A stretch of DNA of 47,405 nucleotides from Solirubrobacterales bacterium (GCA_044446265.1 JBIOES010000001.1:1-47405); one strand, 5' to 3'; shown: positions 34,164-43,040, counted from the first letter of the stretch. A program made the numbers and translations. Notes: generated by a model from the sequence alone, not told the origin.

Positions 34164-34957
34164 AGGCCCGCCCTTCCCGCTCTCCTCGCCTGCCCTCGCC
34201 GGCGCTGGTCATCTCGATCCTCGCGCTCGTACTCTCAACCACCGGCCTTGCCGACGCGGCCAGGCACGCGGTTGGTCATGCCCTATCGATCGGCGGACAC
34301 CGAGTGAGCACCAGGCCCTATGCCGGCGGCATCCTGCTGCTGGGCAAGAACCGCAAGTTCCCCACCTCCGCGATCCCCACCGTCGCGAACGCGAGCAAGG
34401 TGGGGGGGATGACGGTGAGCGACCTCTCCGCCTGCCCGCCCACCACAGCCGATATCGGCACGTGGTGCCTGGAAGAGTCTCCCTACCCGCTGAAGACCCA
34501 GCAGATCGGCGAAAACAACTGGTTCTGGGCCAGCCAGACATGCGTTGAAAAGGGCGGTTATCTGCCCACCGCGGCGCAGCTGATCGGCGCCGCCAAGCGC
34601 GTGAAGCTGGAGTCCACGATCCACGACAACCGGGGCACTGCCACGATCCCGCTGGACCCGAGCGTGGGCCTGAAGGATCAGCGCGAGATGTCGGCGACGC
34701 TCGTCACCACCGCCGCCGGCTCCGACGCCGCCGGCTTCGAGGGGGTCAGCCAGGGCTCGCTGGGCAACCCGCGCACGGGCGAACCCAATCCGGTGCCGCT
34801 CCCCGCGGTGCCCGAGCCGGCCACGCTGCAGTACGTCACCGTCTACTCCAACGGCCAGAAGGGTGGCTTCGCGGGGTCAGAGCCGGTCTCCCAGACGGAG
34901 AACTTCCGCTGCGCTTATAACAAGGTGCCGGGGGCCAACACGACGGAAAACGGCTGA
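34160..34957 (+). CDS. Secreted protein with C-type-lectin-like (FGE/Mtd-type) fold
   Basis: ATGA overlap with ftsH; signal peptide PSPALVISILALVLS..ADA; CP...WC...W..A...C...GGYLPT..QL...FRC pattern. Confidence 0.65.
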   Translation: MKARPSRSPRLPSPALVISILALVLSTTGLADAARHAVGHALSIGGHRVSTRPYAGGILLLGKNRKFPTSAIPTVANASKVGGMTVSDLSACPPTTADIGTWCLEESPYPLKTQQIGENNWFWASQTCVEKGGYLPTAAQLIGAAKRVKLESTIHDNRGTATIPLDPSVGLKDQREMSATLVTTAAGSDAAGFEGVSQGSLGNPRTGEPNPVPLPAVPEPATLQYVTVYSNGQKGGFAGSEPVSQTENFRCAYNKVPGANTTENG

Positions 34958-34986
34958 GAGCCTGACGCCGCGCGAAGCCCCGCGGA

Positions 34987-35032
34987 ACGAGCTGTGGGGC
35001 GGTCGTGCTGACCCGCCCCACATTGCGCTCGT
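34987..35032. terminator. GC-rich hairpin between convergent genes
   Basis: TGTGGGGCGG / CCGCCCCACA arms (34993-35002, 35013-35022) with outer ACGAGC / GCTCGT. Confidence 0.6.
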
Positions 35033-35053
35033 CAAATGGTGGCCCTCAGCGGC

Positions 35054-35635
35054 CTAAAGCCATTTTTGACCTTCTGCGGTGGCAACCGCTTTCTCTTTTG
35101 CTTCTTTGGTTTCTTTGATGCCTATGCAAGACCCACTGGGTTTGGTCGTGATGCCCGAGTCGTTGGCCGTGATCACGTCGTTGGCGCCGACGTTTTCGAG
35201 GGTGTTTTCTTCAAGGCCACTGCCCGTCGCTGTGATGGTGCAGGTACCGAGAACTTTCACTTCGGTTTTACAGCTGCCCACAATGGCGCCTATTGCTTTG
35301 TTTTTGCCTGCTTCTTGAAAGAGGTCAAGGCTGCAGGGGTACATGGTGGGCGTGACTGTCACCAGGTTGGTTTTTACTTTGCAACCTGCGTATTTTTCGA
35401 ACGTCAGTTTCTCTTGCTTGCCTTTGGTGGATGGAACGGTTCCATTGAAGATCGTCCACCCGCCTTCGGCGCTGGTGCAGGTGAGCGTCGCGCCGCCGCC
35501 TTCGATCGTGATGGTCCCGACTTTGACGTTGCCTTTCGACGTCGTGGATTCGAATTCGGCGAACGCCGGTACCGCCGTGACGGCCAGCGTGGCGAGCATG
35601 CCGACGGTGATCGCCAGCAGCTTTGCTCTGAACAT
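35054..35635 (-). CDS. Secreted beta-rich Thr/Lys/Cys protein of unknown function, lower GC
   Basis: Signal peptide ...AVPAFA, six Cys, AAGGAG RBS, visibly A/T-richer codons. Confidence 0.75.
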   Translation of the reverse strand: MFRAKLLAITVGMLATLAVTAVPAFAEFESTTSKGNVKVGTITIEGGGATLTCTSAEGGWTIFNGTVPSTKGKQEKLTFEKYAGCKVKTNLVTVTPTMYPCSLDLFQEAGKNKAIGAIVGSCKTEVKVLGTCTITATGSGLEENTLENVGANDVITANDSGITTKPSGSCIGIKETKEAKEKAVATAEGQKWL

Positions 35636-35757
35636 GATGCTTGCTCCTTCTCTTGTGTTATGGGGTCGGAGAGCGCCGCTGGCGCTCCGGTGGAAGAGCC
35701 CTCGCTGCCGGTTGGGGCTTACGATGGCCCTGAGTCCTCCCTCTGAGGCTCGACCCC

Positions 35758-35786
35758 ATCTTGTTCCGCGCGCCGCTCTCAGTCAA
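35758..35786 (-). promoter_or_regulatory. Sigma70-type promoter candidate for the 193-aa secreted protein
   Basis: TTGACT-17 nt-CAAGAT on the minus strand. Confidence 0.45.
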
Positions 35787-35920
35787 GCGAAATATTGGAA
35801 ACATTTGCCAGGGCCGCGGAAGCGGACCACAGTACGGCGAAAAGCCCTTTGTCAGCACTGGTTTTTGGTGCATGTCCCCAGCGCCCAGTCGGAAACAGAA
35901 GACCGACGAAACGTTTCCGA

Positions 35921-36382
35921 TCACCCGGACGGGCGGGGCGGCGGCGTTGCCGCGAAGCGGTAGCCGACCCCGAAGTGCGTGTGGATGTAGGCCCAGTCGG
36001 GCGCCGCGTGAGCGAGCTTGGTGCGCACCTTGCGCACGAACACGTCCACGGAGCGGTCGCGGTGCTTCATCTCCCCGCCCCAGACGAGGCCGTAGATGTC
36101 GCCCCGGCGCACCACCCGGTCCTCGCGCTGGACCAGGACGGAGAGCACCTGGAACTCGCGCACGGTCAGCCCCACGCGGTGGCCGTCGACGAGGGCTTGG
36201 ATCTCGTCGGTGCGAATCTCGAGGTTGCCGTACACGAGCGCGGGCGTCTCACCGGAGTAGTGGGCCTCCGAATCGCCGGAGTTGTGGGTATCCGAAGGTG
36301 CTCCACTCGCCGCGTCGGCGTCCACAACCGCCCCGCCGACTGCGGTTCCCCCGTAATATGAGCGCAGCGCACGGTCGTCCAC
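35921..36382 (-). CDS. Stand-alone OmpR/PhoB-type winged-helix protein with no receiver domain, copy 2
   Basis: Short disordered N-term, then LTVREFQVL...DRSVDVFVRKVRTKL...YIHTHFGVGYRF. Confidence 0.87.
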   Translation of the reverse strand: MDDRALRSYYGGTAVGGAVVDADAASGAPSDTHNSGDSEAHYSGETPALVYGNLEIRTDEIQALVDGHRVGLTVREFQVLSVLVQREDRVVRRGDIYGLVWGGEMKHRDRSVDVFVRKVRTKLAHAAPDWAYIHTHFGVGYRFAATPPPRPSG

Positions 36383-36392
36383 TGACTGCGCG

Positions 36393-36458
36393 AAGCTATC
36401 GGGGGCCTGCTCCCGCGGAGGTGAAGCCGCGGTGACGTAGTGGATAAGAATTGGTGAA
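36393..36458 (-). promoter_or_regulatory. PHO-box-like promoter of wHTH-2
   Basis: Minus strand TTCACC-AATTC-TTATCC-ACTAC-GTCACC-GCGGC-TTCACC (36458-36420), 21-nt gap, TAGCTT. Confidence 0.65.
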
Positions 36459-36484
36459 CCGAGGTCTCTGAACCGGGTCTCTGG

Positions 36485-36528
36485 TTTACAAGATCTTCAC
36501 GCGTGGGGGCGCCACCAGCCTGGACCAT
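36485..36528 (+). promoter_or_regulatory. PHO-box-like promoter of the zinc-ribbon/phosphoesterase operon
   Basis: TTTACA-AGATC-TTCACG (36485-36501), 21-nt gap, GACCAT, then ATG 8 nt later. Confidence 0.6.
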
Positions 36529-36536
36529 CGGATGCT

Positions 36537-37181
36537 ATGGATGCCGCAGATTCGTGCACCGCCTGCGGCGCTCCGATGGCCTCCGATCAGCGCTACTGCC
36601 TGCAGTGCGGCGCCTGCCGCTCGCACCTCGGCAGCGCCCTGCTCGACCGTCTGCGCGCCGGCGGCTCGGCCGCGTCTTCCGGAGCCATCGCGTCTCCCGG
36701 CGCGGCCCCACCCTCGGGCGCGCTCGGTGAGGGCGATCCCACGCGGCCCGTGCCGGCCGCGGGCTCCCTTCCGCCGGCGGTGGCGCAGGCGCCGGCGCGC
36801 TCCGGCGGCCCTACCGCGGTGATCGCCGGGGTAGGGGTGCTGCTGCTCGCGATGGGCATCGGGGTCTTGATCGGTCGCTCTGGCTCCGGCGCCGGCGGGG
36901 CCGCTTCGGCGCCGGCCCAGGTGATCAGCGTCGCATCCCCGGGGACGGGCGCGGGCGGGACGGGCGCGGGCACCACGGCGACGACGCCGCTATCCACGAC
37001 GCCGACCTCGAAGTCCCCCGCCCACAAGGGGGCAAGCACTTCCACGACTCCCTCTGGGACGGGATCCTCGCCGAGCAAGCCGGCGCCCGCGACGGTCCTG
37101 CAGAACCTGCGTACGGGCGGGAGCGGGCAGAGCTACGAGCAGAAGTCCAAGAACCTCCCCAACGTCGTCTCCACAGGCTGA
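36537..37181 (+). CDS. Zinc-ribbon single-pass membrane protein with Ser/Thr/Pro-rich exterior
   Basis: CTACG...YCLQCG, TM VIAGVGVLLLAMGIGVLIG, structured-looking C-tail SYEQKSKNLPNVVSTG. Confidence 0.75.
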   Translation: MDAADSCTACGAPMASDQRYCLQCGACRSHLGSALLDRLRAGGSAASSGAIASPGAAPPSGALGEGDPTRPVPAAGSLPPAVAQAPARSGGPTAVIAGVGVLLLAMGIGVLIGRSGSGAGGAASAPAQVISVASPGTGAGGTGAGTTATTPLSTTPTSKSPAHKGASTSTTPSGTGSSPSKPAPATVLQNLRTGGSGQSYEQKSKNLPNVVSTG

Positions 37182-37218
37182 TGCATTTCACTCTCGCTCC
37201 CGCCTTCGCTCCTTTCCA

Positions 37219-37635
37219 ATGAGCATGCCCATCTCGCCGCGGGGCGGGCACTCGAACTCGGATCTGCTTCGGCGCCGCGACGAACTGGCCGAGCAGGTGG
37301 CCGAGCAGCAGTGGGATCTGGGGGGGCTCGCCTACGAGATGGCCATTCGCGACCACTTCCGCCTCGATCTGCTCGTGCACAGCGCGGCCCTCCTGCAGGA
37401 GCGCGACGCCGAGCTCGCCGAGGTCGAGCGTCTGCTGCGCCTGGAGGACAGCGCGAGCGCCGGCTCGTGCCCCGCCTGTGCGGCGCCGCACAGTCGCGGG
37501 GCGCTGTTCTGCTGGCAGTGCGGCGCGACGCTGATGGAGCGTGCCCCGAGCACCGCCGCGCCCGTGCCCGCCGCTCGCGATACAGCCGCCGAGGACACGC
37601 TGGTGATGAACCCCGTGACCGCCTCCGAGGCGTGA
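37219..37635 (+). CDS. Helical/coiled-coil plus zinc-ribbon protein
   Basis: WDLGGLAYEMAIRDHFRLDLL, CPACAA...FCWQCG. Confidence 0.78.
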   Translation: MSMPISPRGGHSNSDLLRRRDELAEQVAEQQWDLGGLAYEMAIRDHFRLDLLVHSAALLQERDAELAEVERLLRLEDSASAGSCPACAAPHSRGALFCWQCGATLMERAPSTAAPVPAARDTAAEDTLVMNPVTASEA

Positions 37636-39119
37636 GCCGCCTCGACTTCGCCCTGCCGCCGCCGTGGGTGCGTGGCCTGCTGGTGCTGGCGTTCCTCGGC
37701 TTCGGGGTGTTCGTGGGGAACGTCGCCTCCAGCACGGGCGGCGCGCAGAGCGCCGCCGCGCGGCCACGTCTGCGGCTGGTGCTGCCGCCGGTCTCGGCCT
37801 CCTCGCAGGGAGCCTCCACGGCGCCTCCGACGTCCGCACCGCCCGCGTCCTCGGAAGCGACCCCCGAACCGGCGACCCCGGCAGCGGCGGGAAGCACGTC
37901 CCCGAGCGCCTCGACGTCGCACCCCTCCCAGGGCTCCTCCGGCCAGCAGGGATCCAGCGGTGGGAAATCTGGATCGGGCGGCGGCGGCGAAGGCGGAAGC
38001 GGGGCGGGCGGAGGCTCCTCCACCTCCACCGCGACGCCGGCGGTCAAGCACGTCTTCCTGATCGTGCTCGCCGACCAGCCCTACGCCTCGGTCTTCGGGC
38101 CCGCGTCGAAGGCGCCGTACCTCGCTGGGGATCTGGAGAAGCGCGGCGAGCTGCTGGTGCGCTACTACGCCGTGGCCCACGACGAGCTGGCCAACGGCGT
38201 TGCGCTGCTCAGCGGGCAGGGGCCCACGGCGCAGATCGCCGCCAACTGCCCCACGTTCGCCGACATCGCCCCCGCGAGCGGCGCCGCCGATGGACAGGTG
38301 ACGGGGCAGGGCTGCGTGTATCCCAAATCGACCCAAACGCTGATGGGACAGCTCACCGTCAAGCACCTCACCTGGCGGGCCTATGTGGAAGGGATGAGCG
38401 GCGCCTGCACGCACCCCGCGCCCGGCGCCGCCGACCCCACCGTGGGCCCGCCGCCGCCGGCCTCGACGACCCCCGCCACAGCCGGCCAGCCGATCCCCGC
38501 CAACCAGGCCGCGGCGGGCGTGCAATACACCACCTTCCGCAACCCATTGATGTATTTCCACAGCGTGATCGACTCCCCCTCCACGTGCGCCGCCGGCGAC
38601 GTGGGGCTGAATCGGCTGGGCTCGGATCTGAGGAGTGCCAAGCGCACGCCCACCCTCTCCTACATCGTGCCCTCGCTGTGCGACGACGGGAGCCCCACGC
38701 CGTGCGCGCCGGGCAAGCCGGCGGGATTGGCGCCCGCCGATGCCTTCCTGCGCAAGGTGGTGCCGCGGATCCTCGCATCCAAGGCATACAAGGATGGGGG
38801 ACTGCTGGCGATCACCGTCGATCAGGCTCCCGCGACGGGGATCGAAGCCGACTCCAGCTCCTGCTGCGGGCAGCCGCGCTTCCCCGGGCTGCCGGCACCG
38901 GCGCCGTTGCCAGGAGGAGGCCAGCTCCCCCCCGCGGGCGGCGGGCAGGTCGGCGCTCTGCTGCTCTCGCCCTTCGTCAAGGCGGGGACGGTCGATCAGG
39001 ACCCCTACAACCACTTTGCGCTGCTGCGCACGATCGAGGACCTGTTCGGGCTGGGGCACCTGGGGTACGCGGGGGCGAACGGGGTGAGCTCGTTCAACGC
39101 GGCTGTGTTCGGACGGTAG
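37632..39119 (+). CDS. Membrane-anchored phosphoesterase (AcpA/PLC/SapM-family fold) with degenerate catalytic motifs
   Basis: GTGA overlap; TM then S/G/P linker; KHVFLIVL, APYL, YYAVAH, TWRAYVEGM, NPLMYFHS, YNHFALLRTIEDLFGL. Confidence 0.8.
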   Translation: MSRLDFALPPPWVRGLLVLAFLGFGVFVGNVASSTGGAQSAAARPRLRLVLPPVSASSQGASTAPPTSAPPASSEATPEPATPAAAGSTSPSASTSHPSQGSSGQQGSSGGKSGSGGGGEGGSGAGGGSSTSTATPAVKHVFLIVLADQPYASVFGPASKAPYLAGDLEKRGELLVRYYAVAHDELANGVALLSGQGPTAQIAANCPTFADIAPASGAADGQVTGQGCVYPKSTQTLMGQLTVKHLTWRAYVEGMSGACTHPAPGAADPTVGPPPPASTTPATAGQPIPANQAAAGVQYTTFRNPLMYFHSVIDSPSTCAAGDVGLNRLGSDLRSAKRTPTLSYIVPSLCDDGSPTPCAPGKPAGLAPADAFLRKVVPRILASKAYKDGGLLAITVDQAPATGIEADSSSCCGQPRFPGLPAPAPLPGGGQLPPAGGGQVGALLLSPFVKAGTVDQDPYNHFALLRTIEDLFGLGHLGYAGANGVSSFNAAVFGR

Positions 39120-39837
39120 CTCGGCGCAGTGCCCAAACGAGCGCATTCGCGGCGATCAGGACTCCCGGAATGATTGCCAGCAGGGCGGCGTCGCCACCTG
39201 GCCAGCTCGCCCCGGCGCCCTCGGCGGTCCAGAACAGCCCGAAGGAGGTGAGCAGCACGCCGACCGCGAACTTCAGCGTGTTCTCGGGCACCCTTGCCAG
39301 CGGGGCCCTCGCCGCGAAGCCCGCGGCGATCACCAGCAGCACGGCGAGCGCCGCGGCGGCGGCTGCCAGGGGGATGCGGTTCTGGTTGGCGCCGAAGGTG
39401 AGCACGATGAACACGACCTCGATTCCCTCCAGGAGCACGCCCTTGAAGGAGATCGTGAAGGCGTAGCCGTCGAAGCCCGGGTGCTTGGCGCCGGCGGCGC
39501 GCGCCGCCTCGGCCTCCTCCCGGAATGTCTCCAGCTCGTCGTGCTTGGCCTTCAGCCCAGCTGAGCGCAGGATCGCCTTGCGCAGCCACCGCAGGCCGAA
39601 GATCAGCAGCAGCCCGCCGACCACCGCCCTCAGCACATCGATCGGCAGGGAGGTGAGCGCGGGCCCAAGCGCGGCCACGATCGCGGCGAGCGCGAGCGTC
39701 GCGGCGCCGGCGCCGCTCAGCGCCGAGGACCAGCTGCGTGTGACACCCACCGCGAGCACGATCGTCAGCGCCTCGACGGCCTCCACGGTGCAGGCGAGGA
39801 ACACCGAGAGGGCCAGTCCTATCTCCGCGCCGCTCAT
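39094..39837 (-). CDS. COG4280-type integral membrane protein
   Basis: VEAVEALTIVLAVG, WLRKAILR, FKGVLLEGIEVVFIV, VPENTLKFAVG; RBS GGGAGG. Confidence 0.75.
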   Translation of the reverse strand: MSGAEIGLALSVFLACTVEAVEALTIVLAVGVTRSWSSALSGAGAATLALAAIVAALGPALTSLPIDVLRAVVGGLLLIFGLRWLRKAILRSAGLKAKHDELETFREEAEAARAAGAKHPGFDGYAFTISFKGVLLEGIEVVFIVLTFGANQNRIPLAAAAAALAVLLVIAAGFAARAPLARVPENTLKFAVGVLLTSFGLFWTAEGAGASWPGGDAALLAIIPGVLIAANALVWALRRATVRTQPR

Positions 39838-39864
39838 GCTCGTGATCCTCCCGATGGGAGGTTC

Positions 39865-40638
39865 TCACAGACCGGCGGCGAGTTCGCTGTAGGTGATCGC
39901 CGTGCGGCGGGGACCGGCGCGGCTGAGGACTCGCTCCAGCGCCATCATGTGGCGGGGGCGCTCCAGATCCGAGGGGTGCAGGTCCAGGCGCAGGTGCTCG
40001 CCCGGCAGGAAGCTCCCGGCGCGAATCAGCGAGGGCGAGAGCGCGCGCCGCATCGCCCCTTCGCTGCCCACGTCCCAGGCGGGGGCCAGCAGTTGGTGTG
40101 GCCCTGTCCACCCAGCCCCGGGCTCGGTGAGGGTGCGGTGCAGCCGCAGCAGTCCCGCCCACCAGCGAAACCCCACGCTCAGCGTGCCCTTCGCGGTGAG
40201 CGTGGCGCGCAGCGCGCGCGTGTAGGCGTAGGCGGGGGCGACGAACCCGTCGGGCTCCACGCCGGCGAGCTTGAGCACGCGCCAGCCGGCCTCCACCGCG
40301 CGGCGGGTCTCCGCGCAGTCGAGCCCGACGAACTCGGCCGAGCGCTGGCGGCCCCGGGCGGGCCCCAGCAGCCGATGCGTCCAGCTGGGACGGCGCAGTT
40401 GCTGGTACTGGAAGCCGTGCTGGGCGATCGAGTCGCCGCGGCGGCGGCGCTCGGCCAGCCACTGGATCATCTCCGGCGAGCGCTCGCCCAGCGGGTGCAG
40501 ATCGCGCGCGGGGATCACGAGCAGCGTTACGCGGTCCACGCCGTGGTCGTCGAGCCAGTCGCGGATGCGCGCGCAGCGCTCGAAGGTCGCTGGCTCGATG
40601 TCGTGCAGCGCGACGGCGATGGTGCCCCTATGCGGCAC
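39865..40638 (-). CDS. DUF2334 / polysaccharide deacetylase-like protein
   Basis: VALHDIEP, TLLVIP, QHG, AEF, GFVAPAY, RLDLHPSD; GTG start overlapping the GT stop. Confidence 0.78.
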   Translation of the reverse strand: MPHRGTIAVALHDIEPATFERCARIRDWLDDHGVDRVTLLVIPARDLHPLGERSPEMIQWLAERRRRGDSIAQHGFQYQQLRRPSWTHRLLGPARGRQRSAEFVGLDCAETRRAVEAGWRVLKLAGVEPDGFVAPAYAYTRALRATLTAKGTLSVGFRWWAGLLRLHRTLTEPGAGWTGPHQLLAPAWDVGSEGAMRRALSPSLIRAGSFLPGEHLRLDLHPSDLERPRHMMALERVLSRAGPRRTAITYSELAAGL

Positions 40639-43030
40639 GGCGCTCCCCCTGGTTCTCGCCGGGGAGCAGCACCCGCCGGTAGCCCTCGGCGAGGCGCTCC
40701 AGGGCGCTCTCCCAGGTGCGCTCGCGCACGGCGGCGAGCCCCGCGGCGGCCAGGCGCCGGCGCAGCAGGGGCGAGCCCGCGAGCTCGACCACGCGCGCCG
40801 CCAGTTCCCGCGCATCCGGCTCGCACAGCAGTCCGCTGACGCCGTTCTGCACGAGCGAGCAGGGGCCGCCCCGCGCGAGGGCCACGACGGGCAGTCCGCT
40901 GGCCTGCGCCTCGAGGATCACCTGCCCGAAGGTGTCGGTGGCGCTCGCGAACAGGAAGATGTCGGCGCCGGCGTAGGCGCGCGCCAGCTCGAGTCCCTCC
41001 AGCCACCCGAGGAAGGTGGCGTGGGGACCGAGACGCTCGCGCAGGCGCTCCTGCTCCGGTCCGCCCCCCGCCAGCACCAGGTGCAGCCGCGGGTCCCGGC
41101 GGTGGGCCTCCAGGAAGGCGTCGGCCAGCAGGTCGGAGCCCTTCTCGCGGGTGATGCGCCCGGCATAGAGCACGTTGATCGCATCGGGCAGCTGCAGCTG
41201 CCCGCGCAGGGAGGGGTCAAAGCGCGCGGTGTCCACGCCCCGATCCCAGCGCGCTGTGCGTTGTCCGCTCACGCCGATCTGCTGGAGCGCCTCGTCGGAG
41301 GCCGGGGAGGGGGAGAGGACGAGGTCACAGGCGCCATAGAAGGAACGCACCGCGAGGTCCATCGCTTGCGCGACCCCGGCGTTCTGGGAGCGCAGGGCGG
41401 CGTAGGCGGTGAGCTCGGTGTGATAGCTGCCCACGAGCGCCACGCGCAGACCGCGCGCGAGGAGCGCCCCGGCGATGCCCACGGGGCCGGGGGAGCAGAC
41501 GTGGATCGCGTCGAAGGCGCCCTCGGCGAGCGTCTCGACGGCGACGGTGAGGGAGGGCACGCCGATCTTCAGGCCGGGGTAGAAGGGCACGTCGACCTCC
41601 GCGACGGCGGAGAGGCGGCGGTCCACGTTGGGGTCGGTGCCGATCACCTCGATCTCGAAGCCCGGCACGCCACGCCGGCGGATCTCCTCGATCGTGCGGG
41701 TCACCCCATGCGTGGAGCCGATCCCGTCGGCGAGGATCGCAATGCGCGGGGTCTCGCCCTCGCGCGAGTCGAGCTTGGCCTTCTCGCTGCCCAGGAACGC
41801 GGCGGCGGGGGCGTAGGGGATCGCGGCGATGCAACTCTGGAAGACGCTGGTGGCGGCGCTTGCCACGTCGGCGCTTGCGAGGTCGGCGCTTGCCAGCAGG
41901 GCTTCGCTCCCCGCGCCGGCGAGATCCGCCGCGAGCGCCCCAGCATCTGCCCCGGCGCCCGCCACGTTGGGGCGCCCCGCGGCGAGGGCCAGCACGACGC
42001 CGTCGACCGCCGAGCGAAGTTTGCGCTCGTGCGCGCAGCACGCGCGCCGGTAGAGGTCGACGTGCCGGAAGCTCTCCTCCTGCATATGGGCGATCAGGCC
42101 GCGCTCGTCGAGGTGGTCGAGCTCCACGGCGGCCAGCCAGGCGCGCAGCAGGCAGCGCGCGTCCTCGGGGGTGAGGTCGTGGCCGGTGGCGCCTTGGCGG
42201 GCGTCGCCCTCGCGCAGGAGGCGCTGCACCATGTTCATCACGGTGCGCGGGTCGAGCGCACGATCGTCGTACGCACCGCGCCCCAATGCGCGCGCGGCGA
42301 GGGCGATCGCGGCGTGCGCCCACTTGGCGGCGCTACCCTGGTCCCCGCGCGCGGCGACACGGCCGGCGCGCAGGTGCTCCAGGAACTCGGCTGTGGTATG
42401 CGCCTCGGGCGTCTCGGTCCAGGTGCGTCCGATGTCCACACCGGCGTGGTCGTCGCTGCCGCCGATCCCGATGCCCTCGCGCGTGGCGACATAGATCGCG
42501 GCGGGCCGATTGAGCTCGCGAGCGCGCGAGCCGTTGCGCACCTCCCAGATGTCGAACAGCTCGGCGAGGCGGCGGCGGTGGCGCGCGGTGAGCGGCGCGC
42601 CGACGGTGTAGTAGGGGTGGGCGAGAGCGCACACGATGCAGCGCTCGTGCAGGTACCCGGCGCACTCCTCGAGGTCGCCGCTGTGTGCCTGCAGCCACTC
42701 GTGATCCTCGGGGGCGAGCCCGTAGCAAAGCACGTGCACGGCCTGGGGCTCGCCGCGAAACCACGCGGTGAGCTCCTCGGAGATGAACACGTCGGGGCGC
42801 TCGGCGATCTCCAGCACACCCGCGATCGTGTCGTGATCGGTGATCGTCACGAAGTCCATGCCGCGACGCTTGGCCAGCTCGTAGACCTCCTCGGGTGGGG
42901 TGGCGCACTCGGGGAGCCCCACCGCGCGCTGCACGCCCAGCCGCGAAACGTGCGAGGCGCTGGAGTGGCAGTGCAGGTCCACGCGGGCGGTGGACTGCGC
43001 CGGCAGTCGATTCTCAGGTGAGACTGACAT
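40628..43030 (-). CDS. PHP phosphoesterase - GT4 glycosyltransferase fusion
   Basis: N-term DLHCHS, TITDHDT, LAHPY, GGSDDH; C-term GSYHTE, RGVD, YAGRITREKG, FASATDTFGQVILEAQASGLP. Confidence 0.9.
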   Translation of the reverse strand: MSVSPENRLPAQSTARVDLHCHSSASHVSRLGVQRAVGLPECATPPEEVYELAKRRGMDFVTITDHDTIAGVLEIAERPDVFISEELTAWFRGEPQAVHVLCYGLAPEDHEWLQAHSGDLEECAGYLHERCIVCALAHPYYTVGAPLTARHRRRLAELFDIWEVRNGSRARELNRPAAIYVATREGIGIGGSDDHAGVDIGRTWTETPEAHTTAEFLEHLRAGRVAARGDQGSAAKWAHAAIALAARALGRGAYDDRALDPRTVMNMVQRLLREGDARQGATGHDLTPEDARCLLRAWLAAVELDHLDERGLIAHMQEESFRHVDLYRRACCAHERKLRSAVDGVVLALAAGRPNVAGAGADAGALAADLAGAGSEALLASADLASADVASAATSVFQSCIAAIPYAPAAAFLGSEKAKLDSREGETPRIAILADGIGSTHGVTRTIEEIRRRGVPGFEIEVIGTDPNVDRRLSAVAEVDVPFYPGLKIGVPSLTVAVETLAEGAFDAIHVCSPGPVGIAGALLARGLRVALVGSYHTELTAYAALRSQNAGVAQAMDLAVRSFYGACDLVLSPSPASDEALQQIGVSGQRTARWDRGVDTARFDPSLRGQLQLPDAINVLYAGRITREKGSDLLADAFLEAHRRDPRLHLVLAGGGPEQERLRERLGPHATFLGWLEGLELARAYAGADIFLFASATDTFGQVILEAQASGLPVVALARGGPCSLVQNGVSGLLCEPDARELAARVVELAGSPLLRRRLAAAGLAAVRERTWESALERLAEGYRRVLLPGENQGERRAA

Positions 43031-43040
43031 CTCTGATAAG

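Noticed and set aside
31889-34957. 1022-aa ORF overlapping ftsH
   Set aside because: The N-terminal ~750 aa is Arg/Pro-rich off-frame shadow; only the part from ATG 34160 looks like a real protein
34160-34957. C-lectin-like protein as a diversity-generating retroelement target
   Set aside because: No reverse transcriptase and no template/variable repeat pair was seen in the window
35036-35746. 236-aa plus-strand ORF
   Set aside because: It is antisense to the 193-aa ORF, which has a signal peptide and a strong RBS
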